A stretch of DNA of 64,000 bases from a virus: IMG/VR virus record IMGVR_UViG_3300027708_002747, positions 20,682 through 84,681 of that record; one strand, written 5' to 3'. Under the pieces are notes generated by a model. The model saw only the letters and a program-made list of their open reading frames with translations. It was not told where the DNA came from and did no database searches. Shown piece by piece: positions 29,538-39,866 of this stretch (positions are counted from its first letter, which is position 1; every line of letters begins with the position of its first letter). Made by a program: the position numbers and the translations under genes.

Positions 29538-30830
29538 TTAGTACCCAAATCTTGTCTTATACAATGCATGTTGTGCTTGTATTTGGGATAACGATAATAC
29601 ACCATTCCAAACTTTAACAAATCCTATGCTGGCAGTCTGTACTTCACTACCTAATGAACGACTAAATAATCTTAATTGATTAAATCCTCCTCCTCCGGCA
29701 TTAATTACAGAATATGCAAAATTACTTGGAGCAATACTTGTTGAAGTATACAGTGTACCTGTATTAGTTCCGGTATCCCAAGTTGCCCAATCTAAATGCC
29801 AAACTGTGTCAGCTCCAGATGATGGTAAGTTTACAGTAAAGTTTGGATAGAAAGTATTTGGGTTACCATTATAAGCCCCCATTAACCAATCTTTAACCGC
29901 CTCATTTTGAGTATTCAGCAATCTACCAGCAGATGTTACAGATAGTTTATAAGCCATAAATACTGTGTAACTTTGACTAGTAACATAATTTGGGCCTCCA
30001 TATATAGCATCCGTACCAACATTATTTGATTTAACAAAAGTTCCACCATTCGCGCTGTTCCAAGATATACTACTACTAGCGTTAGTCACTGTAACTGAAT
30101 ACGCTCCTGTTCCGGATACTGTAGAACCATTAGTTGGCATTGCCGAGTAGTACGCGGCATCTAAATCATAAACTAACGATGGTAGTCTTGTAGGTGTAGG
30201 TGTAGTAGTTGGTGTAGGTGTTTTAGTTGTAGTATTAGTTGGTGTTTGAGTAACCGTTGGAGTTACAGTTTTAGTTGGTGTAATTGAAGGTGTTGGGGTT
30301 ATTGTTGGTGTAATTGAAGGTGTTGGGGTTATTGTTGGTGTAATTGAAGGTGTTGGAGTTATAGTGTTAGTAGGAGTTTGAGTAACCGTTGGAGTTACAG
30401 TTTTAGTTGGTGTAATTGAAGGTGTTGGCGTATTAGTTGGAGTAATTGAAGGGGTTGGTGTAATAGTATTAGTCGGAGTTTGAGTGTTAGTTGGAGTTTG
30501 AGTGTTAGTTGGAGTTTGAGTGTTAGTTGGTGTTTGAGTATTAGTCGGAGTTTGGGTATTAGTTTGGGTAGGTGTCGGAGTTTGAGTATTAGTTTGGGTA
30601 GGTGTTATAGTATTAGTTGGTGTTACAGTTGGGGTAGGTGTTGTAGATGGTATTGGTGTTGGGGTAGGTGTGGGTGATAAAGGTGGACCAGGTCCATCAT
30701 TTGGTGTTTTAAAAATATTGTTAAAACCATTACTTTTATTTCTTAAAACACCAGAATTACCCTGACCATCGACAACCAGTCTTGAACCTGTGAATAAATT
30801 ACCCGATTTTTTTCTATCTCCTGTTCCCAT
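29538..30830 (-). CDS. Thr/Pro-repeat stalk protein with a C-terminal LamG/ConA-like domain (head fibre/decoration candidate)
   Basis: About 165 aa of TPT repeats, then 'LVYDLDAA...[14 protein letters not shown]...K.RFG'. Confidence 0.7.
   Translation of the reverse strand: MGTGDRKKSGNLFTGSRLVVDGQGNSGVLRNKSNGFNNIFKTPNDGPGPPLSPTPTPTPIPSTTPTPTVTPTNTITPTQTNTQTPTPTQTNTQTPTNTQTPTNTQTPTNTQTPTNTQTPTNTITPTPSITPTNTPTPSITPTKTVTPTVTQTPTNTITPTPSITPTITPTPSITPTITPTPSITPTKTVTPTVTQTPTNTTTKTPTPTTTPTPTRLPSLVYDLDAAYYSAMPTNGSTVSGTGAYSVTVTNASSSISWNSANGGTFVKSNNVGTDAIYGGPNYVTSQSYTVFMAYKLSVTSAGRLLNTQNEAVKDWLMGAYNGNPNTFYPNFTVNLPSSGADTVWHLDWATWDTGTNTGTLYTSTSIAPSNFAYSVINAGGGGFNQLRLFSRSLGSEVQTASIGFVKVWNGVLSLSQIQAQHALYKTRFGY
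30190..30680 (-). repeat. coding tandem repeats ([16 protein letters not shown])
   Basis: Visible 18-bp and 30-bp imperfect tandem units. Confidence 0.85.
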
Positions 30831-30836
30831 ATAATA

Positions 30837-32582
30837 TTATCTTCGTCCCCCGAATAACCATAAATAGTTTTCGTAGTCACTTTTAGTCGCTTCTCGTTTA
30901 AAGTTTTCTTGTTGATGTGAAATTACTGGGTCTGTAAATTGTCTTCTGTTAAATTCATTTGTATTAACAGTCCACGAATCAATCATCGCCTTTGTTTGAT
31001 TTGTTACCTTATTCAGAGATGAAAATGATGTTTCACCAACATAAAGAGCCATGGCAACTGACATAATCAAGTCATCATGTTGTCCCTTTTGGTGGTCAGG
31101 TCGTCCATTCACATAAATAAATGTGTTCATTTCATTTAACAACCTACTTGAATTTATTCTAAATCCATGTCTTAAATATTCTTCAAATGTTGCAATAATT
31201 TGAACTCTTTTAGCATTAAAGTTAATTCCCGGTATTTTTTCTGTTGCCTTTGGGTCGTATTGCCACTTATTTGAAATATCAACTCCATCAACATACACAT
31301 TTCTATATCCCAACTCTCTCAATCGTAAAGATGTTGTAACTCCCATACCACCAGTAATATCCACAACAATAAATGCGTTATACATATTACCCCATTTATA
31401 ACATATTTCAGCCAAAGTGTCAGGAGGAAGTTTACCAACATACTCAGCGACCTGTTCTCTTGTATCAAAATCAACAATTTGAAATGTTGAGAAGTCCTCA
31501 CTGTCACCACGAGATACGTCAACACCCATAATATATTTTTTACCTATTTCAGGTTCTTTCCAAATCCATAGTCCACCACCCATCATCTTTGTAGGCGGCT
31601 CCTTAACCATATTTACTCTTAAATCTTCTAACATATCAGAATTAAATACATTATCCCCCGAACCAAGAAACGCACATTCCAACTCCTGATTAACCTTACG
31701 TTTATCGTATTTAAGTTTCTTTACCATTGATTCATACCAAGAAGAACTTGGTTTGTACCCCTGAGAAATTAATTCTTTTATTTCATCAAAGTTTTTTTCC
31801 TTATTGTTATATTCAATAATTTCAACATTTGGGTATTCATTACGATTTAAATAATAATGAATAACATCTTTAACGTTGATTAATGATAAATCTTTAGCAT
31901 ATCTTGGGTCTTTCCACCAAACCATTGGGGAAATTTTAAATTCATTCATTCCCTTTAACGCTTGGTCGTAAATTTCATAATAGATTGCGTCATATCCGTT
32001 TGGTGTTGATACAACTATCACCTTACCACCTGTTGATAAGGATGCCATACAAGCCGCCCAAAAATCACTATCGGCCTCAATGTACGCAGCCTCATCAAAT
32101 ATTAATATTGTGGGGGTATAACCACGAAGAGCATCCTTAGATGTTGCAACCGCCTTAACTTCACATCCATTTGTTAATTTAAAATGTCTTTGTGAGTTTT
32201 TTTCAGATGAAAAACCAACACCAACCCAACTAGGCCATTGGTCGGTAAATCCTCTAATCTTATTTGCAACTTCAACCGCAGTATCCAACTTATTTGCAAT
32301 AATCAAAACTTTTTCAGGACTATTCTTTTTAGCAAAAACAAGTTTTTTTGATGACCAAGCGGCAGTTACCGTAGATACACCAGCTTGTCTATACTTTAAT
32401 GCAATATTTTCATTATAATTTTCGTAATCCTCAACCAAACTAATTTGGTCAGGGAATAACTCTAACGGGACATACTTTGAAACAGTGTTGTCATATGTCT
32501 GTAAATAAGTTTTAAGGGCGTATGGTGTTGATTTCATACACTTGGCATACTCCATTAAAACGGCTTCTCTAGATAAACTCAT
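30837..32582 (-). CDS. gp17: terminase large subunit (T4 gp17-like)
   Basis: 'LFPDQ', 'KYRQAGVST', 'LIFDEAAYI', 'VSTPNG', 'GVDVSRG', 'HDDLIM'. Confidence 0.93.
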   Translation of the reverse strand: MSLSREAVLMEYAKCMKSTPYALKTYLQTYDNTVSKYVPLELFPDQISLVEDYENYNENIALKYRQAGVSTVTAAWSSKKLVFAKKNSPEKVLIIANKLDTAVEVANKIRGFTDQWPSWVGVGFSSEKNSQRHFKLTNGCEVKAVATSKDALRGYTPTILIFDEAAYIEADSDFWAACMASLSTGGKVIVVSTPNGYDAIYYEIYDQALKGMNEFKISPMVWWKDPRYAKDLSLINVKDVIHYYLNRNEYPNVEIIEYNNKEKNFDEIKELISQGYKPSSSWYESMVKKLKYDKRKVNQELECAFLGSGDNVFNSDMLEDLRVNMVKEPPTKMMGGGLWIWKEPEIGKKYIMGVDVSRGDSEDFSTFQIVDFDTREQVAEYVGKLPPDTLAEICYKWGNMYNAFIVVDITGGMGVTTSLRLRELGYRNVYVDGVDISNKWQYDPKATEKIPGINFNAKRVQIIATFEEYLRHGFRINSSRLLNEMNTFIYVNGRPDHQKGQHDDLIMSVAMALYVGETSFSSLNKVTNQTKAMIDSWTVNTNEFNRRQFTDPVISHQQENFKREATKSDYENYLWLFGGRR

Positions 32583-32614
32583 ATACTATAAATATAAAAT
32601 TTATATAAAAATAG

Positions 32615-32640
32615 AAAACCCTTCATCTCTGAAGGGTTTT
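32615..32640 (-). terminator. intrinsic terminator
   Basis: AAAACCCTTCA-tctc-TGAAGGGTTTT. Confidence 0.7.
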
Positions 32641-32647
32641 AAAGTTT

Positions 32648-33955
32648 TTAGTTGATACCTAATCCTTTTAAAAAGTCATCAAAATCCTCATCATCATCGT
32701 CGTCATCATCATCCTCATATTTTTTCATAGTATCTTCATACTCATATCCTTTTAGTTCTTCAACAATTTCATCAACCATGTCTTTCACCATTTTCTTTCC
32801 TTTTGGTGAACCTGATAAAATTTCACGAGCCATCGCAAAAAATTCGTTTGGAGTAAGTTCAGCAAACTTAACAAGGAAATATTGTTGTAAGTTTCTCTTA
32901 TCGTCATCAAATAACTCATCAGGATAAGACTCACGGAACTTTTGCCAAATAACTGGACCTAATCTCATATCCCAAATTTCACCGACAACAGTATCTTGTG
33001 AGTTAATCACCGCCTCTTGTCTTGTCTTATCTTTTGGTAATCCGTATGTTCCCGCAATTTCCATAACACCTTTAGCAAGTTCATGAATAAGGATTGGTAA
33101 GTTAACACCACGAGCCTTTACTGTTGGTGGGTCAGTCTTAGCATCCAATTCAGACATACCAAAAGTAGATTCTCCATCACCCGCCATACCTTGAACCATT
33201 GAGTCAGGCATTAACCAATAAAGTGAATCCGCAAATGACATAAACACACCATACAAATTTAATAACCTTGGGTTAATAGCATTTAACTCTCTGTTTAATA
33301 ATTCAAACATATAAGAAGATTGTTTAGCAGCACCTTGAATAAGTGAGTTAATAAATCTTCTTTTAGCCTTCTCTAAATCAAATTGTTCAAATGAGTCCAT
33401 GAAATCTTCAAGTTGTTCTTGTTCTTCTTCAGAACCAAACATATTTTCAATTTCTTCTTCACTTGGTTCCTCACCTTTAGGTGATAACTTACTTGAATCA
33501 ATGTCATTTGGTTTAACCAACTTTACATCATATTGTAAAGCTCCTTCAGGAATTGCAAATTCTTTTTGAACAACTTCAATTGCAAGTTCTTCCAAATATT
33601 CTTTATTTTCAGATTCAATTTGAGCAATTTCTCGCATTGCGTTCATCACCATCATTTGAAGTTGCATCATCGAATTTTCTGATGTAACATCTTGAAGACC
33701 TGTATATCTTTTTAATCTGTTGATAACCTCTTTAAATCTTTGTGATGCAATAAGTTGCTCAAAGTTAGATGGTTTATCGGGACCTTCAGGTGTAATTTCA
33801 GGAAATGCTTTACTACCTGAATGAGGAGTTTCACCTTTTTCAAATTTAGATTGAATATCAGGAGCCATTCTTTCAGGACCTTCGTACCCAATAGGAGCCT
33901 CATTAATTCGGCTAATCAATCTTTTAACTAATTGTTCTTTTTTCATCTTACTCAC
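32648..33955 (-). CDS. hypothetical protein, acidic C-terminal tail
   Basis: 435 aa; leader 'LVKRLISRINE'; 'ILIHELAKG'. Confidence 0.65.
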   Translation of the reverse strand: MSKMKKEQLVKRLISRINEAPIGYEGPERMAPDIQSKFEKGETPHSGSKAFPEITPEGPDKPSNFEQLIASQRFKEVINRLKRYTGLQDVTSENSMMQLQMMVMNAMREIAQIESENKEYLEELAIEVVQKEFAIPEGALQYDVKLVKPNDIDSSKLSPKGEEPSEEEIENMFGSEEEQEQLEDFMDSFEQFDLEKAKRRFINSLIQGAAKQSSYMFELLNRELNAINPRLLNLYGVFMSFADSLYWLMPDSMVQGMAGDGESTFGMSELDAKTDPPTVKARGVNLPILIHELAKGVMEIAGTYGLPKDKTRQEAVINSQDTVVGEIWDMRLGPVIWQKFRESYPDELFDDDKRNLQQYFLVKFAELTPNEFFAMAREILSGSPKGKKMVKDMVDEIVEELKGYEYEDTMKKYEDDDDDDDDEDFDDFLKGLGIN

Positions 33956-34841
33956 CTTTTAATTTAATATTCATTTTACCAAAACTTAAATATTTTGGTA
34001 ATTCACCTTTTGGTCTTGGGTCTGTGTTAGGAGCTGGTTGGTAAGGATTTTTTCTAGGAGTTATTGTTGTCCTTTCCTTTTCTTTAGTTTTTTCCTTTTC
34101 CTTAGTTCCTGAACCTTTTGGTCTTGGTTCAGTATTAGGAGCTGGTTGATAAGGATTTTTTCTAGTTGGAGTTGTCGTTCTTTCCTTTTCTTTAGTTCTT
34201 TCCTTTTCTTTTGTTCCTGAAGATTCTTTCATTTCGGTCATTTCAGAGGATTCTTTAGTCATTTTTTTTCTCATTAAATTCATTAAATCTTTTTTAGTAA
34301 TTGCTGGTCTTATGTTAGCTTCAACAATCTCTCTCATTTTTTGTTCCAAAATTACTTCATATGGATTTTTACCTTCTTTTAATGACTTTTTGACATCAAG
34401 AACACATCTTTCAAATTTCTTATCTTCACCTTTAGTGTAATCATCTTTCTTTTTACCATTTAAACCTAATGATGATGTACAGATTGCCCAAGGATTTTTT
34501 TCAACTTTTTTCTTTGGTTTTTTATTTTCTTCCATTGGGGTTGCGGTAACCGTATTATCAGTATTTTTCTTTATTGAATACCCTTTATCGTTTGCGGGAA
34601 CTACTCCACCTTTGTCTCCAATCTTATATGATGGTTTTCCAGGTACTGGCGTAACTTGTTCTTTAGATTCAGTTTTTTTAACTGAAGCCATTCTACCAAT
34701 AGGTTTATCCATTCCAACAAACCCTTGAGCATTTACCATACCCTCATGTAAGTTTTTAATTTCTCTTAATGTCATCTTTGATAGAGTGCTTTTACTAACA
34801 CCCATCTTAAGAATTTCTTGGATTTGTTTTTCTGTTACCAT
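33948..34841 (-). CDS. basic low-complexity hypothetical protein with an internal duplication
   Basis: 'NPWAICTSS' motif; two copies of 'GTKEKE(R/K)TKEKERTT.TP/R.KNPYQPAPNT.PRPKG'. Confidence 0.6.
   Translation of the reverse strand: MVTEKQIQEILKMGVSKSTLSKMTLREIKNLHEGMVNAQGFVGMDKPIGRMASVKKTESKEQVTPVPGKPSYKIGDKGGVVPANDKGYSIKKNTDNTVTATPMEENKKPKKKVEKNPWAICTSSLGLNGKKKDDYTKGEDKKFERCVLDVKKSLKEGKNPYEVILEQKMREIVEANIRPAITKKDLMNLMRKKMTKESSEMTEMKESSGTKEKERTKEKERTTTPTRKNPYQPAPNTEPRPKGSGTKEKEKTKEKERTTITPRKNPYQPAPNTDPRPKGELPKYLSFGKMNIKLKGE
34000..34220 (-). repeat. coding tandem duplication of about 108 bp
   Basis: 'gagctggttg(g/a)taaggattttttctag' and its flanks occur twice. Confidence 0.8.
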
Positions 34842-35226
34842 TTTCTTCAAATTCTTTATAATACTCAAGGATTATATCCTTTTCGTATAGTTTATCTTTA
34901 ACTTGTTGTTCACTCATTCCAAAGTGAAACACTAATCTATTATCTATATCACTATCTTTTTCCCAACCTAACGCAACAACATTATCAATTGCGTCTTTCA
35001 TACAAAAAAAATCGGAGTTTTGAACGAGCTCCATATCTATTCCGTCTCTATTCAATACTCCTACTTTTTTAATTTCTTCAGTGTCAGGTGGTGTTGGGTT
35101 TCCATTTGCAGGATTTGTGTCCCAATCATCACCAAATACATCAGTGGTTTCTGAGAAAATAAACTCGTAAGTTTTATTCCCTCTATAATTTGCCCCTAGT
35201 CCGTTAATAAAAACTAAATAACTCAT
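34807..35226 (-). CDS. hypothetical protein
   Basis: 139-aa ORF, translationally coupled. Confidence 0.65.
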   Translation of the reverse strand: MSYLVFINGLGANYRGNKTYEFIFSETTDVFGDDWDTNPANGNPTPPDTEEIKKVGVLNRDGIDMELVQNSDFFCMKDAIDNVVALGWEKDSDIDNRLVFHFGMSEQQVKDKLYEKDIILEYYKEFEENGNRKTNPRNS

Positions 35227-36452
35227 AGGATATTACCTTGTGGAGATACCTTAAGTTGTTTGTTATTATTTTCAAAAACTAAATTACCTTTATTTGTTTT
35301 ACCAACAAAAGTTATAAATGGGAAATTATTAACAATCTTTTTTGATATCTCAGATTGGGATTCAGTTAAAGATAATCTTTCAATTTCTTTATTGTATTTT
35401 GCCTTTCTTGATTCAGAAATAATTTTTTGTTCTTTCTTTTTTTCATTAACAAACTTCTTTTCATTTTCGTTAACTACAACATATTTCTTTAAAATTTTGT
35501 CAACTTGAGATTCTCCAAAAACTTTAGAGAACATTCCGTCTAAATAATCTGCTTCACCCATTTCCTCAGGTTTTGGCTCTTCTTCAGTTGAAGTTTCTTC
35601 TGAATCAACATTAAATTCATCACTTTCTTCATCTTCTGAACCCATATCTTCCATTCCGTAATTAGATTCTTCTTCACTATCAAATCTTGTTAAGATTTCT
35701 TCTTTATCTTCTTCATCTAATGAATTTAAATCTAAAGAAGATAATATAGAATTAATAACATATTTTACATCTTTACTTGATAATTCTTCTTCATTACCCG
35801 AATAATCTCTAATTTTTTGAGCCAACTTACCAGTTAACTTTTGGATAGATTTAAATGTAACGGGTTCACCACCTTCTGAAGGTTCTCCACCCATATCTTC
35901 CATATCAGTATCCATTTCTTCACCTTCAGGTGATGTTGGCATTTCATCTGATGACGGTCCCATATCTAAAGATGTGTCCTCAGGTGCAGGAGCCGGTGAT
36001 GGCTCAGGTGATGGTGATGGAGCCGGTGGTGGTAAATCTGAAGGAGCTTCAGTCGGAGCTTCAACCTTAGGTTGAGGTGTTTTCAACATATACTTTTTAT
36101 CTTCAGTGAATAAAGATATACCTTCGCTAATACCATTGACTCTATTAATTTCACCAGCCATTAAATTTAATTTTCTCATTGCCGATGAATATGACGAAAA
36201 ATGTTTTCTATTTTTAATATTGTCAATATATTCAGATGTTGATTCATTAATTGATTTCTTAATGATGTAACCCAATCTTTCTTTAACAATTGCATATGTG
36301 TTACCATCTGCTAAAGTTATTTTATAATCAACAGAGGATGTTTCATTTATAGAATTTGGAATTACTTCTTTATACTTAGCAATCTCCATGATTCTTTGTA
36401 ATTTTTCATTTCCTTGTAGTTTTTCACTACCTATTGGTTTTAATTTACTCAT
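35223..36452 (-). CDS. hypothetical protein with Pro-rich and acidic linkers (probable head-internal)
   Basis: 'NEKLQRIMEIAKY...SINE' leader; multiple INE/TE sites. Confidence 0.6.
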   Translation of the reverse strand: MSKLKPIGSEKLQGNEKLQRIMEIAKYKEVIPNSINETSSVDYKITLADGNTYAIVKERLGYIIKKSINESTSEYIDNIKNRKHFSSYSSAMRKLNLMAGEINRVNGISEGISLFTEDKKYMLKTPQPKVEAPTEAPSDLPPPAPSPSPEPSPAPAPEDTSLDMGPSSDEMPTSPEGEEMDTDMEDMGGEPSEGGEPVTFKSIQKLTGKLAQKIRDYSGNEEELSSKDVKYVINSILSSLDLNSLDEEDKEEILTRFDSEEESNYGMEDMGSEDEESDEFNVDSEETSTEEEPKPEEMGEADYLDGMFSKVFGESQVDKILKKYVVVNENEKKFVNEKKKEQKIISESRKAKYNKEIERLSLTESQSEISKKIVNNFPFITFVGKTNKGNLVFENNNKQLKVSPQGNIL

Positions 36453-36457
36453 TTTTT

Positions 36458-36643
36458 TTAATTATTTAATCCGTTAAATCCGCCAAGGGTTATTGCATTT
36501 AATTGAACAACAGTATCTGCAGAACTTGCCATACCATTATAAATTGGGTGGGGTTGAATTGCTGAGACACAACCCTCGCAGTTTGTTGCTCCAGTGAAAT
36601 TAATTAACTTATACGTATAAGTTCCAGACGAAAATACTGCCAT
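36458..36643 (-). CDS. small hypothetical protein (CxxC)
   Basis: 61 aa; late-type motif at 36658-36664. Confidence 0.55.
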   Translation of the reverse strand: MAVFSSGTYTYKLINFTGATNCEGCVSAIQPHPIYNGMASSADTVVQLNAITLGGFNGLNN

Positions 36644-36673
36644 ATTATTTTTTCTTTATAAATATACAGAAAA

Positions 36674-37435
36674 TTAGGATTTTTTTAGATTAAGTAAAAA
36701 ATCTACGTTTTGTTCCATTAAAGATAGCTCTTTATCTAAAAGATTATTTTCTAAATTAAATAATTTCTCTAAATAATCACTTCTTCTTAAGTATTTAAAC
36801 ACCAAATTCTCGTAAGAATATTCACCTTCTTTCTTAAGACCTGAACTACGATATTTTTTAAGTTTTTCTTTAAACTTTTTAATATATTCTCTTGCTTCGT
36901 CAATATCTTTTTCAGTTGCGTTATCTACAACAGTATCAATTTGACTTTTCCAATGATTAATTTTTGATTTAAGAATTTTTGTATCAATGTTTGAATCTTC
37001 TTTTTCAGGTTTTACATCCCATTCATCATATAGAACTGAATAAACTCCTGAACTAAAATGTGCTTCAGTCTCGTTTTGAACATATAACTCAACTTCATAT
37101 CCAAAGATTTTAATATCGTGATTGGTATTAAAAATAGTTTTTTTAACTTTAAACAACTCTTCGTAAAGTGATAGTTCAGTGTCTGAGAATTGAATAAAAT
37201 CACAAACAACGTGAAGGTCAATATCAGAATACTCTGACCAATTATAATTGGCTAAAGAACCTGTGAAAATAACGTCCTCAATTAATAAAGGAACTCCAAT
37301 AAAATCAATAAATTCATTAGCAGTTTGAAGTAGTTTTTCCCTAACTTCTTTTCTCAATTGCATATTCTCATCCCAAATTTTTGAGTTGAGCTCATCCTTA
37401 GAGAAAAAACTTTTGATTATATTATTATCTTTCAC
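36674..37435 (-). CDS. Pol-beta superfamily nucleotidyltransferase
   Basis: 'GSLANYNWSEYSDIDLHV' (GS..DxD) plus a third acidic residue in 'VELYVQ'; GTG start. Confidence 0.8.
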   Translation of the reverse strand: MKDNNIIKSFFSKDELNSKIWDENMQLRKEVREKLLQTANEFIDFIGVPLLIEDVIFTGSLANYNWSEYSDIDLHVVCDFIQFSDTELSLYEELFKVKKTIFNTNHDIKIFGYEVELYVQNETEAHFSSGVYSVLYDEWDVKPEKEDSNIDTKILKSKINHWKSQIDTVVDNATEKDIDEAREYIKKFKEKLKKYRSSGLKKEGEYSYENLVFKYLRRSDYLEKLFNLENNLLDKELSLMEQNVDFLLNLKKS

Positions 37436-37455
37436 AAATAATAAATATCAACTAA

Positions 37456-37698
37456 TTACAATCTTTTATACTTATAAACTTTTGCAATGTTTTTATTAAA
37501 AAAACTTCCTTGTGATTCAGCCATTCTAAATCTTGTATACACCTCGTGTGGAACTCCCTCATATTCATACTGAATACCTGTTTTAAAATCAACAATTAGT
37601 TTTTTACTCTCTGTATTGAAATCAGTTTTACTGATGTTTGATGATTCAATTTCACAAATAATGTTTGTTCCACTGATTGTTTCTTTTTTAATTGCCAT
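37456..37698 (-). CDS. KTSC domain protein
   Basis: 'SSNI....F......L.V.FK.G..YEY.GVP..VY..F..AESQGSFFNKNI'. Confidence 0.9.
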   Translation of the reverse strand: MAIKKETISGTNIICEIESSNISKTDFNTESKKLIVDFKTGIQYEYEGVPHEVYTRFRMAESQGSFFNKNIAKVYKYKRL

Positions 37699-37730
37699 AA
37701 CTTTTTTTTTAATGATAAATAATTTTGAAT

Positions 37731-37738
37731 TACATTTG
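37731..37738 (+). promoter_or_regulatory. Bacteroidota -7 element upstream of clpC
   Basis: TACATTTG matches TAnnTTTG. Confidence 0.5.
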
Positions 37739-37786
37739 TAGTTGAATTTAAGAACAAATTCATTTAATTTTAATAAAAACTATTTT

Positions 37787-39850
37787 ATGACAGATTCAGT
37801 TGAAGAGGGTGGGAAACTACCAAAAAAGACAGAGGTAAACTCAAGTACCCCTGTTTTAGATAATTTTAGTCGTGACCTTATCAAACTTGCCGAAGAAGGT
37901 AAGTTAGACCCCGTTGTCGGTAGGGAAGATGAAATATTACGTATTGCTCAAATTCTTTCAAGAAGAAAGAAAAATAACCCAATTATCATCGGTGAACCTG
38001 GTTGTGGTAAGACGGCGATTGTTGAGGGATTGGCAATGAAGATTTTTGAAGGTGATTGTCCAAGAAACTTGGTCGATAAACGTATTCTATCATTAGAGAT
38101 GAATTCAGTTGTTGCAGGAACAAAATATCGTGGTCAATTTGAAGAACGATTAAAGGTTATCTTGGAAGAAATTCAAGCGAACCCAAATGTTATTCTATTC
38201 ATTGACGAAATTCATACCATTGTAGGAGCAGGTAACGCCTCAGGTTCTATGGATGCCTCCAACATCTTAAAACCAGCGTTATCAAGAGGTGAAATACAAT
38301 GTATTGGAGCCACCACATTGGATGAATACAAAAAACAAATTGAGAAAGATGGGGCGTTAGACAGACGCTTCCAAAAAGTAATTGTCAGTTCATCAACAAA
38401 AGAAGAAACATTACAAATTCTTAAGAATGTTAAAGACAAATACGAAAATTATCATAAAGTAAATTATACTGATAATATTCTACAAATCTGTGTTGATTTA
38501 GCAGAACGATATATCACCGACAGAGAGTTCCCTGACAAAGCATTTGACATCTTGGATGAAGTCGGTGCAAGAGCTCAGGTAGATGTGAAAAATCCTGAAA
38601 TAATTGACGAATTAAAACGTCAGGCCTTAGAGATTAAACAACAAAAATTACTTGTTGTTAAAAAACAGAATTACGAAGAAGCCGCAAACTTAAGAGATAA
38701 AGAAAAGAAAGTTTTATCACAACTTGATATTGAAAAGAAAAAGTTTGAACAAACTCTTTTGGATAATAGAAAAACAATTTCAGAGGAATTGGTTTATGAG
38801 GTGGTGTCAACAATGACAAAAATACCTCTAACAAAACTTAATTTAGATGATAAGATTGCTCTTATTAATTTAGAAGAAGAATTAAATAAATCAGTCATTG
38901 GACAAAAAGAGGCGGTTACAAAGATTGCAAAATCTATTCGTAGAAATAGATTAGGTATTAAAGACCCAAATAAACCAATTGGTTCATTTATATTCTTAGG
39001 TTCAACAGGTGTTGGTAAGACATTATTGGCAAAAGAATTGGCAAAACAAATCTTTGGAAGCGATGAAAATCTTATTCGAGTTGATATGTCTGAATACCAA
39101 GATAAACATACCGTATCTCGTTTAATTGGTTCACCTCCTGGTTATGTAGGATATGATGAAGGTGGACAACTTACAGAACAGGTAAAAACCAAACCATACT
39201 CTGTAGTATTATTTGACGAGGTTGAGAAAGCTCACAAAGACATATTCTCAGCATTACTTCAACTATTGGATGAAGGTTACATGACAGATAGTTTTGGAAG
39301 AAAAATCAATTTCAAAAACTGTTTAATCATTATGACATCAAATCTTGGGGTAAAAAAGATGCAAGAGTTTGGAGCAGGGGTTGGATTTAGTAAGACAGGT
39401 AATGTGTATACCAATGAAGAACTTAAGAAAACAATGTTAAACAAAGAATTAAAGAACCATTTCGCGCCTGAGTTTATCAATCGTTTGGATGAAGTAATTG
39501 TATTCAACACACTTCAAAATGACGATATCCAAAAGATTGTTTTGGTCGAAGTCAACAAATTAAAATCTCGTTTATCAAAATTGGGATATAACATTAACTT
39601 CGGTCAGTCAGTAATTGATTTTGTTTCAAAAGTTGGATTTGATGATGTTTACGGAGCACGTCCTTTGAAGAGAGCAATTCAAGAAAAGATTGAAGACTAC
39701 ATTTCAGATGAAGTATTACGTGAAAAAATTGTAATGGATAAAACCTACAATATTGAAATTAATGAAGAGGAAGTGTCGATATCGGAGGTTGAGGTCCAAC
39801 CTGATGAAACGCCAAAAGTGAAAAGAACAAGAAAGAAAAAGGGGGAATAA
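37787..39850 (+). CDS. clpC: ClpC-type AAA+ unfoldase lacking the N-terminal Clp-repeat domain
   Basis: D1 'GEPGCGKT'/'LFIDEIH', UVR-type middle domain '[11 protein letters not shown]', D2 'GSTGVGKT'/'LFDEVEKAH', ClpP-docking 'VGF' loop, 'GARPLKR'. Confidence 0.9.
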   Translation: MTDSVEEGGKLPKKTEVNSSTPVLDNFSRDLIKLAEEGKLDPVVGREDEILRIAQILSRRKKNNPIIIGEPGCGKTAIVEGLAMKIFEGDCPRNLVDKRILSLEMNSVVAGTKYRGQFEERLKVILEEIQANPNVILFIDEIHTIVGAGNASGSMDASNILKPALSRGEIQCIGATTLDEYKKQIEKDGALDRRFQKVIVSSSTKEETLQILKNVKDKYENYHKVNYTDNILQICVDLAERYITDREFPDKAFDILDEVGARAQVDVKNPEIIDELKRQALEIKQQKLLVVKKQNYEEAANLRDKEKKVLSQLDIEKKKFEQTLLDNRKTISEELVYEVVSTMTKIPLTKLNLDDKIALINLEEELNKSVIGQKEAVTKIAKSIRRNRLGIKDPNKPIGSFIFLGSTGVGKTLLAKELAKQIFGSDENLIRVDMSEYQDKHTVSRLIGSPPGYVGYDEGGQLTEQVKTKPYSVVLFDEVEKAHKDIFSALLQLLDEGYMTDSFGRKINFKNCLIIMTSNLGVKKMQEFGAGVGFSKTGNVYTNEELKKTMLNKELKNHFAPEFINRLDEVIVFNTLQNDDIQKIVLVEVNKLKSRLSKLGYNINFGQSVIDFVSKVGFDDVYGARPLKRAIQEKIEDYISDEVLREKIVMDKTYNIEINEEEVSISEVEVQPDETPKVKRTRKKKGE

Positions 39851-39862
39851 ACCCCCTTTTTT
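39836..39862. terminator. bidirectional terminator
   Basis: A5-GGGGG-aataaa-CCCCC-T6 between convergent genes. Confidence 0.75.
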
Positions 39863-39866
39863 ATTT

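Noticed and set aside
30190-30680. CRISPR array or DGR-like repeats
   Set aside because: The repeats are in-frame Thr/Pro coding units with synonymous variation and no unique spacers; no cas or RT gene is in the window.
32362-32400. Terminase inactivated because Walker A reads RQAGVST rather than RQ.GKT
   Set aside because: All other ATPase and nuclease motifs are intact, a Lys precedes the motif (KYRQ), and such variants occur in large-phage terminases.
33050-33100. 32648-33955 as a zinc metalloprotease
   Set aside because: The motif is HELAK rather than HExxH, so the second His ligand is missing; left as hypothetical.
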